From contig OX597830.1 of NCBI GenBank assembly GCA_951406725.2, positions 72,540,001-72,604,000 on the forward strand: DNA of 64,000 nt. The letters are read 5' to 3'. Both the position numbers and the translations under genes were made by a program. Numbering within the stretch: position 1 is the stretch's first letter; every line of letters starts with the position of its first letter. The notes below the pieces were generated by a model, which made no database searches, was not told the origin of the DNA, and saw only the letters and a program-made list of their open reading frames with translations. This stretch comes from Octopus vulgaris (Eukaryota). This document shows, piece after piece, positions 42,355 to 55,325 of this stretch.

Positions 42355-42510
42355 TCCTGTGCGTGTGTGTGTGTATTTGTCTTTGTATCTGTGCTTGTTC
42401 CCCCACCAAAGCGTGAAAACCGATGTTGGTATGTTTACATCTCCGTGACGTAGCAGTTCGGCAAAAGAAACTAATAGAACCAGCATTAGGCTTACAAAGT
42501 ATATGTTCTG
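42355..42510 (+). mobile_element. SINE family A, 3' fragment
   Basis: aaccgatgttggtatgtttac...tagcagttcggcaaaagaaactaatagaa...taggcttacaaag. Confidence 0.75.
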
Positions 42511-43047
42511 GAATTGTGTGTGTTTATGTATACGCATGTATGCATATATAGATAGATAGAGAGAGAGAGGGAGAGATAGAGATAGAAAGAGTGAGTTTAA
42601 GAGAGAAAGAGAGAGAGAGATAGAAAAAGTGAGTTTAAGAGAGAGGCAGACACACGGATCACAGCTGTGCCACTTTGGCAAAAAACTTTCAGCTTCACTG
42701 ATTTTGCTGACTTAAGTTGTAGGGATTTCTTCGAAAGTTTCTGATTTTTTACAAGGACGGCTGTTGTCCTTGCTTATATTGATGTTTCCTTATTTTTTTT
42801 TTTGTTTTTAGTATATATGTGTTTCTCTATTGTTGTGCTTTTTGGTGGGGTTCCATGGCGAAAGGGAGGCGCAAAAAGTAGAAAGATTTTGCGATAGATG
42901 AAGGTAATGTGCGGGAATATGAATGAAAGAATGTCATTTTGAAGTAAGAGTGAAGAGATAGTGACAGAACGAAAGAAAGATACACGGATATATATATTGC
43001 CCTCTTATGCACGGACGCGCTTACAAACTCGCAGCACACGCACAGTC

Positions 43048-43095
<48 letters not shown>

Positions 43096-43100
<5 letters not shown>

Positions 43101-43393
43101 ATCACTGACCAAACCGTCAGATGCTGTTACACATCGCTGGTCACAATGCGTTCGCATTGTTTTAGCCTTCAAATGACGCCACCCCGCTGGCTAAGCGAGC
43201 AGGCCAACAGAAGAAAGAGTGAAAGAAAGAGTGGTGAAATAGTACAGCAGGGGTCACCACCCCCTGCCGGAGCTTCGTGGAGCTTTAAGGTGTTTTCGCT
43301 CAATAAACACTCACAACGCCCAGTCTGGGAATCGAAACCGCGATCCTACGACCGCTGTCCGCTGCCCTCACCACTGAGCCATTGCGCCTCCAC
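43096..43393 (-). mobile_element. SINE family D: same tRNA-derived head as family C, different 3' tail; flanked by (TA)n
   Basis: Minus strand gtggaggcgcaaTGGCTCAGTGGtgagggcagcggac..ggatcgcgGTTTCGATTCcc..tgtttattgagcgaaaacacct..gctccacg, then tail ggctaaaacaatgcgaacgcattgtgaccagcgatgtg. Confidence 0.9.
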
Positions 43394-43411
43394 ACACATA
43401 TATATATATAT

Positions 43412-43527
<116 letters not shown>

Positions 43528-43690
43528 ATATATATTAAGTAATTGTATACTCTCAACTTAATGTGACAGTCCCATGAAGGGAATCATACTACTGTGTGTG
43601 TGTGTGTGCGTGTCTGTGTGCTTGTTTCTTAGTGTCTTCTCGTATGTGTGTCCGTATTTGTTTTTTGTGTGTTTGTGTATTAATATTTTA

Positions 43691-45204
43691 CTAGCGGGAC
43701 CCGTGAATATTTCATGGAATCAATGGTAAACCTACTCGTTTATTTTAGGAAATTTGATCCAAAAAAACCTGAAAGGGTAGCCTGGGTTGTACCTGTATGG
43801 AAAGATATTCGCTCATCTGCTTCTCATTGAAAAGTGATCGAAATTGGAATACGATTATTACTTAATGCACGTTTTTATATACTCTTTATACACTTTATAC
43901 ACAATTTTATAGATTTAATACACAGCATTCATAAAATAAATATTCAGTCATATTTTTTCCGTTTTCCCATAACCAAAAAATTATTCCGTACATATGATAC
44001 AACTTTTAGTTAAATTGCATATATCTGCCACGTAAATAAGCGTGAATATTTCACACAATTGCACTTATGTGCATGTGAAAAGTGATATAAGAAACTTTGT
44101 TCATTTTTTTAGAAAATACACTTTTCATTATTTTGTTAAGGTTATTTCTACAGATATTCTAAGCCAGTACTGATTTTTGCTACAACGTTTCGTATCGAGG
44201 CATCACATGTAAACAAACAATGTGATCGAAGACAAAAATGAGTATTTAGTGCATTTGCCATATTTCGGGGTTTGTTGCCCCTTCTTCAGCACTCATCTAA
44301 CTAACTACTTCCGCCGAACACATTACTTATATAGCCACCGCATGCAGCGGTGTTAAGTTATTGGATATACCAATTTACATTATAAACGCATTCCTGGAGC
44401 TGGTATATAAACAATAAAGGTTTGTAGGTACGTGGTATGTCGTTATTCAAACACAATATATTATAAGGTATATTAAATATTTCCATAAGTCAGTACCACG
44501 TTCTATTGCATCAGGAGTTCTCTTACATTATTTTGTTAAGGTTCTTTCTACAGATGTTCTATAGAACTCATAGCTAGCAGTGATTTTTTCCAACGTTTTG
44601 TATAGAAATGTCACAATGTGATCGAAGACAAAAGTGGGTATATGACATATTTCGGGAGCTATTGCACTCATTGGTATTTGCAAACCTTAAACACTTGCTA
44701 CTATCCAAATCAGCAATACCACCATATCCACCACAACCACAACCACCACCACCCCCGCCATCATGCTCTCTCGCTCATTATCTTCTCTCTTTCTCACCCT
44801 CCTCCATTTCGCCCCCTCTCTCTCTCTGCTTCTCTTTAACCTCACTATCAGAACATTACCCCACTGCTAAAATTCTTACATCCCCCTACCTACTGTCACG
44901 CACGCTTCTCCCTCTCTCTCTCTCTCTCTTTTCTTTCCGTCTTTTACTTTCTCCCTCTTTCTGTCACGCACTTCGCCTTATCCTCTTTTACTCTCTCATT
45001 TTTCTTTCTCCTTTCGTCCCCTTCAACTAATCACGTGAAAGCGTTACAACATTCCCTCCATCTCGTGTTATGGATGCTTCTCTAACCCTCTTTTCTTTCC
45101 CTTCTTTTTCTAGCATCCTCTTTTACGTCTCACTCTTTTTCTCTAGTCCCCGAAAGCGTTACCGACGGGCAAGTAACGCAATGACAAGAACAATCATAAT
45201 AAGA
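43691..45204 (-). mobile_element. Probable non-autonomous Helitron-type element (about 1.5 kb)
   Basis: Minus strand starts A|TC at 45204 and ends ccatgaa-ata-ttcacgg (imperfect hairpin) gtcccg CTAG|T at 43691. Second hairpin GCGTTAC-N10-GTAACGC at 45156-45179; internal direct repeat at 44126 and 44526. Pairing of the two ends is inferred. Confidence 0.5.
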
Positions 45205-48200
45205 TGATAGTTATATGGACTGAATTTTATGTTTGATGAAAATATTTCATGAAAAATGTTTCATGAAAATGTTTGATGAAAATGATTCATGAAAAATTTT
45301 TGATGATAAATGTATGATGAAAATGTTGGATTAAAATGTTTGATGAAAATGTTTGGTGATAAAAGTTTAATGATAAATGTTTAATGAAAATGTTTGTTGA
45401 AAATGTTTGGTGAAAATGTTAAATGAAAATGCTATATGAAAATGTTTGATGAAAATGATTGATGAAAAGGTTTGATGAACATGTTTGATGAAAATGTTTG
45501 CGGAAAATGTTTGATGAAAAGGTTTGATGAACATGTTTGATGAAAATGTTATATGAAAATGTTTGACGAATATGTTTGATGAAAATGTTAGAAGAAAATG
45601 CTTGATGAAAATGTTTCAAGGAATTATTTTATGAAAATATTAGATATATGATTGATGAAAATGTTTGATGAAAATGTATGATGAAAGCGTTTGACAGAAA
45701 AGGTTTGATGAACATGTTTGATGAATATGATTGATGAAAATGTTTGATGAAAATGTTTGATGAAAATGCTTGATGAAAATGTTTGATGAAAAATGTTTGT
45801 TTATAAATGTTTGATGAAAAATTTTGGTGAAAATTTTTCATGAGAATGTTGTTGAAAATATTTGATGAAAATATTAGAAGAAAATGTTTAATGAAAATGC
45901 TTGATGAAAATGTTTGATGAAAAATGTTTGATGAAAATGATGAATAATGTTTGAAGAAAATGCTTGATGAAAATATTTAATGAAATATGTTTGATGAAAA
46001 TATTTGATGAAAATGTTTGATGAAAAAAGTTTGATGAAAATGTTTGATGAAAATGTTTGATGAAAAATGGTTGATGAAAATGTTTGATGAAAATGTTTGA
46101 TGAAAAAAGTTTGATGATAAATGTTTGATGAAAAATTTGGTGAAAATTTTTCATAAAACTGTTGATGAAAATATTTGATGAAAATATTTGAAGAAAATGT
46201 TTGATGAAAATGTTAGATGAAAATGTTTGATGAAAAATGTTTGATGAAAATTTGATGAAAATGTTTAATGATAAATGTTTGATGATAAATGACGATAAAA
46301 GTTTGAAGATAAATTGTTTGAAAATGTTCGATGAAATGTTTGATGAAGATGTTTGATGAAAATGTTTGATGAAAAATCTTTGATGAAAATGATGAAAAAT
46401 GTTTGATGAAAAAAATTGGTGAGAATTTTTCATGAAAATGTTGATGAAAACGTTTGATGAAAAATGATTGATGAAAAATGTTTGATGAAAATGATGAAAA
46501 ATATTTGATGAAAATGATGAAAAATGTTTGAAGAAAATGTTTAATGAAAATGTTTGTAAAATAGTTTGGTAAAAAATGTTTGATGAAAAATGTTTGATGA
46601 AAATAATGAAATATGTTTGATGAAAATGTTTGATGAAAATGTTTGATGAAAATGTTTGATGAAAAATGTTTGATGCAAATGATGAAATATGTTTGATGAA
46701 AATGTTTGATGAAAATGTTTGATGAAAATGTTTGATGAAAATGTTTGATGAAAAATGTTGATGAAAATGATGAAAAATGTTTTACGAAAACAATTGGTGA
46801 AAATTTTTCATGAAAATTTGAAAATTGTTTCATGAAAAATGTTTGATGAAAATATTTAATGAAAATGTTTGATGAAATGTCTGATGAAAATGTTTGAAAA
46901 TGTTTGATGAAAAATGTTTGATGAAAATGATGAAAAATGTTTGATGAAAATGTTTGATGAAAATGTTTGTGAAAAAGTTTGATGAAAAATGTTTGATGCA
47001 AATGATGAAAAATGTTTGATGAAAATGTTTGATAAAAATTGTTTCATGAAAAATGCTTCATGAAAATATTTGATGGAAATGTTTCATGAAAAATTTGATG
47101 AAAATGTTTGAAAATGTTTGATGAAAAATGTTTCATGAAAATGATGAAAAATGTTTGATGAAAATGTTTGATGAAAATGTTTGGGAAATAGTTTGATGAA
47201 AAATGTTTGATGAAAATGATGAAAAATATTTGATGAAAATGATGAAAAATGTTTGATGAAAATGTTTGATGAAAATGTTTGGGAAATAGTTTGATGAAAA
47301 ATGTTTGATGAAAAATGTTTGATGAAAATGTTTGATGAAAATGTTTGATGAAAAATGTTTGTTGCAAATGATGAAATATGTTAGATGAAAAATGTTTGAT
47401 AAAAATGTTTGATGAAAATGTGTGATGAAAAATGTTTGATGCAAATGATGAAATATATTTGATGAAAATGTTTGATGAAAATGTTTGATGAAAAATGTTT
47501 GATGCAAATGATGAAATATGTTTGATGAAAATGTTTGATGAAAATGTTTGATGAAAATATTTGATGAAATGTTTGATGAAGATGTTTGATGAAAATGTTT
47601 GAGGAAAATGTTTGATGAAAAATGTTTGATGAAAATGTTTGATGAAAAATCTTTGATGAAAATGATGAAAAATGTTTGATGAAAAAAATTGGGTGAGAAT
47701 TTTTCATGAAAATGTTGATGAAAATATTTGATAAAAATATTTGAAGAAAAATGTTTAATGAAAATGTTTGATGAAAACGTTTGATGAAAAATGATTGATG
47801 AAAAATGTTTGATGAAAATGATGAAAAATATTTGATGAAAATGATGAAAAATGTTTGATGAAAATGTTTGATGAAAATGTTTGGGAAATAGTTTGATGAA
47901 AAATGTTTGATAAAAATGATAAAAATGTTTGATGAAAATGTTTGATGAAAATGTTTGATGAAAATGTTTGATGAAAAATGTTTGTTGCAAATGATGAAAT
48001 ATGTTTGATGAAAATGTTTGATAAAAATGTTTGATGAAAATGTGTGATGAAAAATGTTTGATGCAAATGATGAAATATATTTGATGAAAATGTTTGATGA
48101 AAATGTTTGATGAAAAATGTTTGATGCAAATGATGAAATATGTTTGATGAAAATGTTTGATGAAAATGTTTGATGAAAATGTTTGATGAAATGTTTGATG

Positions 48201-48925
48201 AAGATGTTTGATGAAAATGTTTGAGGAAAATGTTTGATGAAAAATGTTTGATGAAAATGATGAAAAATGTTTGATGAAAATGATGAAAATGTTTGACGAA
48301 AAAAATTGGTGAGAATTTTTTATGAAAATGTTGATGAAAATATTTGATAAAAATGTTTGAAGAAAAATGTTTAATGAAAATGTTTGATGAAAACGTTTGA
48401 TGAAAAATGATTGATGAAAAATGTTTGATGAAAATGATGAAAAATATTTGATGAAAATGATGAAAAATGTTTGATGAAAATGTTTAATGAAAATGTTTGA
48501 AATAGTTTGGTGAAAAATGTTTGATGAAAAATGTTTGATGAAAATGCTTGATGAAAATATTTGATGAAAAATGTTTGATGAAAATGCTTGATGAAAATAT
48601 TTGATGAAAAATGTTTGATGAAATGTTTGATGAAAATGTTTAATGAAAATATTTGATGCAAATGATGAAATATGTTAGATGAAAATATTTGATGTAAAAT
48701 GTTTGATGAAAATGATGAAAAATGTTTGATGAAAATGTTTGATATGAATGTTTCATGAAAAATGTTTGATGATAAATGTTTTTATGAAAATGTTATATAA
48801 AAATGTTTGATAAAAATGTTTGATGAAAAATGTTTGATGAAACTGATGAAAAATGTTTGATGAAAATGTTTGATGAAAATGTTTCATGAAAAATGTTGGA
48901 TGATAAATGTTTGATGAAAATGTTA

Positions 48926-49164
48926 TTCATCAAACATTTTTATTATTTTCATCAAACATTTTTAATCAGACATTTTAATCAAACATTTTCATCAAACATT
49001 TCATCAAACATTTTTCATCAAATTATTTCATCAAACATTTTCATCAAACATTTTTCATCATTTGCATCAAACTATTTTCATCAGTTTCATCAAACATCTT
49101 TCATCAAACATTTTTATCAAACATTTTTATGTAACATTTTCATAAAACCATTTATCATCAAACA
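48926..49164 (-). repeat. Inverted satellite block, type A copy 1
   Basis: Monomers read TTTTCATCAAACA on the + strand. Confidence 0.97.
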
Positions 49165-51097
49165 TTTGATGAAAAATGTTTGATGAAAATGTTTAATGAA
49201 AATGTTTGAAATAGTTTGGTGAAAAAGGTTTGATGAAAAATGTTTGATGAAAATGATGAAAAATGTTTGTTGAAAATGTTTGATGAAAATGTTTGTGAAA
49301 TAGTTTGATGAAAAATGTTTGATGAAAATGTTTGATGAAAATATTTGATGGAAATGTTTCATGAAATGTTTGATGAAAATGTTTGAAAATGTTTGATGAA
49401 AAATGTTTGATGAAAATGATGAAAAATGTTTGATGAAAATGATGAAAAATGTTTGAAGAAAATGTTTAATGAAAATGTTTGTAAAATAGTTTGGTGAAAA
49501 ATGTTTGATGAAAAATGTTTGATGAAAATAATGAAATATGTTTGATGAAAATTTTGATGAAAATGTTTGATGAAAATGTTTGATGAAAATGTTTGATGCA
49601 AATGATGAAATATGTTTGATGAAAATGTTTGATGAAAATGTTTGATGAAAATATTTGATGAAATGTTTGATGAAGATGTTTGATGAAAATGTTTGAGGAA
49701 AATGTTTGATGAAAAATGTTTGATGAAAATGATGAAAAATGTTTGATGAAAATGATGAAAAATGATTGACGAAAAAAATTGGTGAGAATTTTTCATGAAA
49801 ATGTTGATGAAAATATTTGATAAAAATGTTTGAAGAAAAATGTTTAATGAAAATGTTTGATGAAAACGTTTGATGAAAAATGATTGATGAAAAATGTTTG
49901 ATGAAAATGATGAAAAATATTTAATGAAAATGATGAAAAATATTTGATGAAAATGTTTGATGAAAATGTTTGGGAAATAGTTTGATGAAAAATGTTTGAA
50001 AATGATGAAAAATATTTGGTGAAAATGATGAAAAATGTTTGATGAAAATGTTTGATGAAAATGTTTGGGAAATAGTTTGATGAAAAATGTTTGATAAAAA
50101 TGATAAAAATGTTTGATGAAAATGTTTGATGAAAATGTTTGATGAAAAATGTTTGTTGCAAATGATGAAATATGTTTGATGAAAATGTTTGATAAAAATG
50201 TTTGATGAAAATGTGTGATGAATAATGTTTGATGCAAATGATGAAATATATTTGATGAAAATGTTTGATGAAAATGTTTGATGAAAAATGTTTGATGCAA
50301 ATGATGAAATATGTTTGATGAAAATGTTTGATGAAAATGTTTGATGAAAATGTTTGATGAAATGTTTGATGAAGATGTTTGATGAAAATGTTTGAGGAAA
50401 ATGTTTGATGAAAAATGTTTGATGAAAATGATGAAAAATGTTTGATGAAAATGATGAAAAATGTTTGACGAAAAAAATTGGTGAGAATTTTTTATGAAAA
50501 TGTTGATGAAAATATTTGATAAAAATGTTTGAAGAAAAATGTTTAATGAAAATGTTTGATGAAAACGTTTGATGAAAAATGATTGATGAAAAATGTTTGA
50601 TGAAAATGATGAAAAATATTTGATGAAAATGATGAAAAATGTTTGATGAAAATGTTTAATGAAAATGTTTGAAATAGTTTGGTGAAAAATGTTTGATGAA
50701 AAATGTTTGATGAAAATGCTTGATGAAAATATTTGATGAAAAATGTTTGATGAAAATGCTTGATGAAAATATTTGATGAAAAATGTTTGATGAAATGTTT
50801 GATGAAAATGTTTAATGAAAATATTTGATGCAAATGATGAAATATGTTAGATGAAAATATTTGATGTAAAATGTTTGATGAAAATGATGAAAAATGTTTG
50901 ATGAAAATGTTTGATATGAATGTTTCATGAAAAATGTTTGATGATAAATGTTTTTATGAAAATGTTATATAAAAATGTTTGATAAAAATGTTTGATGAAA
51001 AATGTTTGATGAAACTGATGAAAAATGTTTGATGAAAATGTTTGATGAAAATGTTTCATGAAAAATGTTGGATGATAAATGTTTGATGAAAATGTTT

Positions 51098-51336
51098 TTC
51101 ATCAAACATTTTTATTATTTTCATCAAACATTTTAAATCAGACATTTTAATCAAACATTTTCATCAAACATTTCATCAAACATTTTTCATCAAATTATTT
51201 CATCAAACATTTTCATCAAACATTTTTCATCATTTGCATCAAACTATTTTCATCAGTTTCATCAAACATCTTTCATCAAACATTTTTATCAAACATTTTT
51301 ATGTAACATTTTCATAAAACCATTTATCATCAAACA
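51098..51336 (-). repeat. Inverted satellite block, type A copy 2
   Basis: Offset 2172 from copy 1, near-identical. Confidence 0.97.
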
Positions 51337-53270
51337 TTTGATGAAAAATGTTTGATGAAAATGTTTAATGAAAATGTTTGAAATAGTTTGGTGAAAAAGG
51401 TTTGATGAAAAATGTTTGATGAAAATGATGAAAAATGTTTGTTGAAAATGTTTGATGAAAATGTTTGTGAAATAGTTTGATGAAAAATGTTTGATGAAAA
51501 TGTTTGATGAAAATATTTGATGGAAATGTTTCATGAAATGTTTGATGAAAATGTTTGAAAATGTTTGATGAAAAATGTTTGATGAAAATGATGAAAAATG
51601 TTTGATGAAAATGATGAAAAATGTTTGAAGAAAATGTTTAATGAAAATGTTTGTAAAATAGTTTGGTGAAAAATGTTTGATGAAAAATGTTTGATGAAAA
51701 TAATGAAATATGTTTGATGAAAATTTTGATGAAAATGTTTGATGAAAATGTTTGATGAAAAATGTTTGATGCAAATGATGAAATATGTTTGATGAAAATG
51801 TTTGATGAAAATGTTTGATGAAAATATTTGATGAAATGTTTGATGAAGATGTTTGATGAAAATGTTTGAGGAAAATGTTTGATGAAAAATGTTTGATGAA
51901 AATGATGAAAAATGTTTGATGAAAATGATGAAAAATGATTGACGAAAAAAATTGGTGAGAATTTTTCATGAAAATGTTGATGAAAATATTTGATAAAAAT
52001 GTTTGAAGAAAAATGTTTAATGAAAATGTTTGATGAAAACGTTTGATGAAAAATGATTGATGAAAAATGTTTGATGAAAATGATGAAAAATATTTAATGA
52101 AAATGATGAAAAATATTTGATGAAAATGTTTGATGAAAATGTTTGGGAAATAGTTTGATGAAAAATGTTTGAAAATGATGAAAAATATTTGGTGAAAATG
52201 ATGAAAAATGTTTGATGAAAATGTTTGATGAAAATGTTTGGGAAATAGTTTGATGAAAAATGTTTGATAAAAATGATAAAAATGTTTGATGAAAATGTTT
52301 GATGAAAATGTTTGATGAAAAATGTTTGTTGCAAATGATGAAATATGTTTGATGAAAATGTTTGATAAAAATGTTTGATGAAAATGTGTGATGAATAATG
52401 TTTGATGCAAATGATGAAATATATTTGATGAAAATGTTTGATGAAAATGTTTGATGAAAAATGTTTGATGCAAATGATGAAATATGTTTGATGAAAATGT
52501 TTGATGAAAATGTTTGATGAAAATGTTTGATGAAATGTTTGATGAAGATGTTTGATGAAAATGTTTGAGGAAAATGTTTGATGAAAAATGTTTGATGAAA
52601 ATGATGAAAAATGTTTGATGAAAATGATGAAAAATGTTTGACGAAAAAAATTGGTGAGAATTTTTTATGAAAATGTTGATGAAAATATTTGATAAAAATG
52701 TTTGAAGAAAAATGTTTAATGAAAATGTTTGATGAAAACGTTTGATGAAAAATGATTGATGAAAAATGTTTGATGAAAATGATGAAAAATATTTGATGAA
52801 AATGATGAAAAATGTTTGATGAAAATGTTTAATGAAAATGTTTGAAATAGTTTGGTGAAAAATGTTTGATGAAAAATGTTTGATGAAAATGCTTGATGAA
52901 AATATTTGATGAAAAATGTTTGATGAAAATGCTTGATGAAAATATTTGATGAAAAATGTTTGATGAAATGTTTGATGAAAATGTTTAATGAAAATATTTG
53001 ATGCAAATGATGAAATATGTTAGATGAAAATATTTGATGTAAAATGTTTGATGAAAATGATGAAAAATGTTTGATGAAAATGTTTGATATGAATGTTTCA
53101 TGAAAAATGTTTGATGATAAATGTTTTTATGAAAATGTTATATAAAAATGTTTGATAAAAATGTTTGATGAAAAATGTTTGATGAAACTGATGAAAAATG
53201 TTTGATGAAAATGTTTGATGAAAATGTTTCATGAAAAATGTTGGATGATAAATGTTTGATGAAAATGTTT

Positions 53271-53509
53271 TTCATCAAACATTTTTATTATTTTCATCAA
53301 ACATTTTTAATCAGACATTTTAATCAAACATTTTCATCAAACATTTCATCAAACATTTTTCATCAAATTATTTCATCAAACATTTTCATCAAACATTTTT
53401 CATCATTTGCATCAAACTATTTTCATCAGTTTCATCAAACATCTTTCATCAAACATTTTTATCAAACATTTTTATGTAACATTTTCATAAAACCATTTAT
53501 CATCAAACA
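53271..53509 (-). repeat. Inverted satellite block, type A copy 3
   Basis: Offset 2173 from copy 2. Confidence 0.97.
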
Positions 53510-55031
53510 TTTGATGAAAAATGTTTGATGAAAATGTTTAATGAAAATGTTTGAAATAGTTTGGTGAAAAAGGTTTGATGAAAAATGTTTGTTGAAAATG
53601 TTTGATGAAAATGTTTGTGAAATAGTTTGATGAAAAATGTTTGATGAAAATGTTTGATGAAAATATTTGATGGAAATGTTTCATGAAATGTTTGATGAAA
53701 ATGTTTGAAAATGTTTGATGAAAAATGTTTGATGAAAATGATGAAAAATGTTTGATGAAAATGATGAAAAATGTTTGAAGAAAATGTTTAATGAAAATGT
53801 TTGTAAAATAGTTTGGTGAAAAATGTTTGATGAAAAATGTTTGATGAAAATAATGAAATATGTTTGATGAAAATTTTGATGAAAATGTTTGATGAAAATG
53901 TTTGATGAAAAATGTTTGATGCAAATGATGAAATATGTATGATGAAAATGTTTGATGAAAATGTTTGATGAAAATGTTTGATGAAAATGTTTGATAAAAA
54001 TGTTGATGAAAATGATGAAAAATGTTTGACGAAAAAAATTGGTGAAAATTTTTCATGAAAATGTTGAAAATATTTGAGGAAATTATTTCAAGAAAATGTT
54101 TAATGAAAATGTTTCATGAAAATGTTTGAAAATTGTTTCATGAAAAATATTTGATGAAAATATTTGATGGAAATGTTTGATGAAATGTCTGATGAAAATG
54201 TTTGAAAATGTTTGATGAAAAATGTTTGATGAAAATGATGAAAAATGTTTGATGAAAATGATGAAAAATGTTTGATGAAAATGTTTGATGAAAATGTTTG
54301 ATGAAAATTGTTTCATGAAAAATGCTTCATGAAAATATTTGATGGAAATGTTTCATTAAATGTTTGATGAAAATGTTTGAAAATTTTTGATGAAAAATGT
54401 TTCATGAAAATGATGAAAAATGTTTGATGAAAATGTTTGATGTAAATGTTTCATGAAAAATGTTTGATAAATGGTTTTATGAAAATGTTACATAAAAATG
54501 TTTGATAAAAATGTTTGATGAAAGATGTTTGATGAAACTGATGAAAATAGTTTAATGAAAATGATGAAAAATGTTTGATGAAAATGTTTGATGAAAATGT
54601 TTGTGAAAGAGTTTGATGAAAAATGTTTGATGAAAAATGTTTGATGAAAATGCTTGATGAAAATATTTGATGAAAAATGTTTGATGAAAATGCTTGATGA
54701 AAATATTTGATGAAAAATGTTTGATGAAATGTTTGATGAAAATGTTTAATGAAAATATTTGATGCAAATGATGAAATATGTTAGATGAAAATATTTGATG
54801 TAAAATGTTTGATGAAAATGATGAAAAATGTTTGATGAAAATGTTTGATATGAATGTTTCATGAAAAATGTTTGATGATAAATGTTTTTATGAAAATGTC
54901 ATATAAAAATGTTTGATAAAAATGTTTGATGAAAAATGTTTGATGAAACTGATGAAAAATGTTTGATGAAAATGTTTGATGAAAATGATTCATGAAAAAT
55001 GTTGGATGATAAATGTTTGATGAAAATGTTT

Positions 55032-55325
55032 TTCATCAAACATTTTTATTATTTTCATCAAACATTTTTAATCAGACATTTTAATCAAACATTTTCATCA
55101 AACATTTCATCAAACATTTTTCATCAAATTATTTCATCAAACATTTTCATCAAACATTTTTCATATTTTCATGAAAACATTTTTCATCAAAAATTTACAT
55201 TATACATTTTCATCAACAATTTTCATGAAACATTTGAATCAATCATATATCATCAATCATTTATCGACATTTATCATCAAACATTATGATTAAACATTTT
55301 CATCAAATATTTATCATCAAACATG
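55032..55325 (-). repeat. Inverted satellite block, type B copy 1
   Basis: Shares the first 130 bp or so with type A, then has a distinct, more degenerate distal half. Confidence 0.97.

Larger units (their letters stand above)
47850..53930 (+). repeat. Higher-order repeat A, period 2172-2173 bp, about 2.8 near-identical copies
   Basis: Identical 96-aa ORFs at 48371, 50543 and 52716; identical 105-aa ORFs at 49844 and 52017; landmark ttggtgagaa at 48306, 50478, 52651 and at 49779, 51952. Confidence 0.93.
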
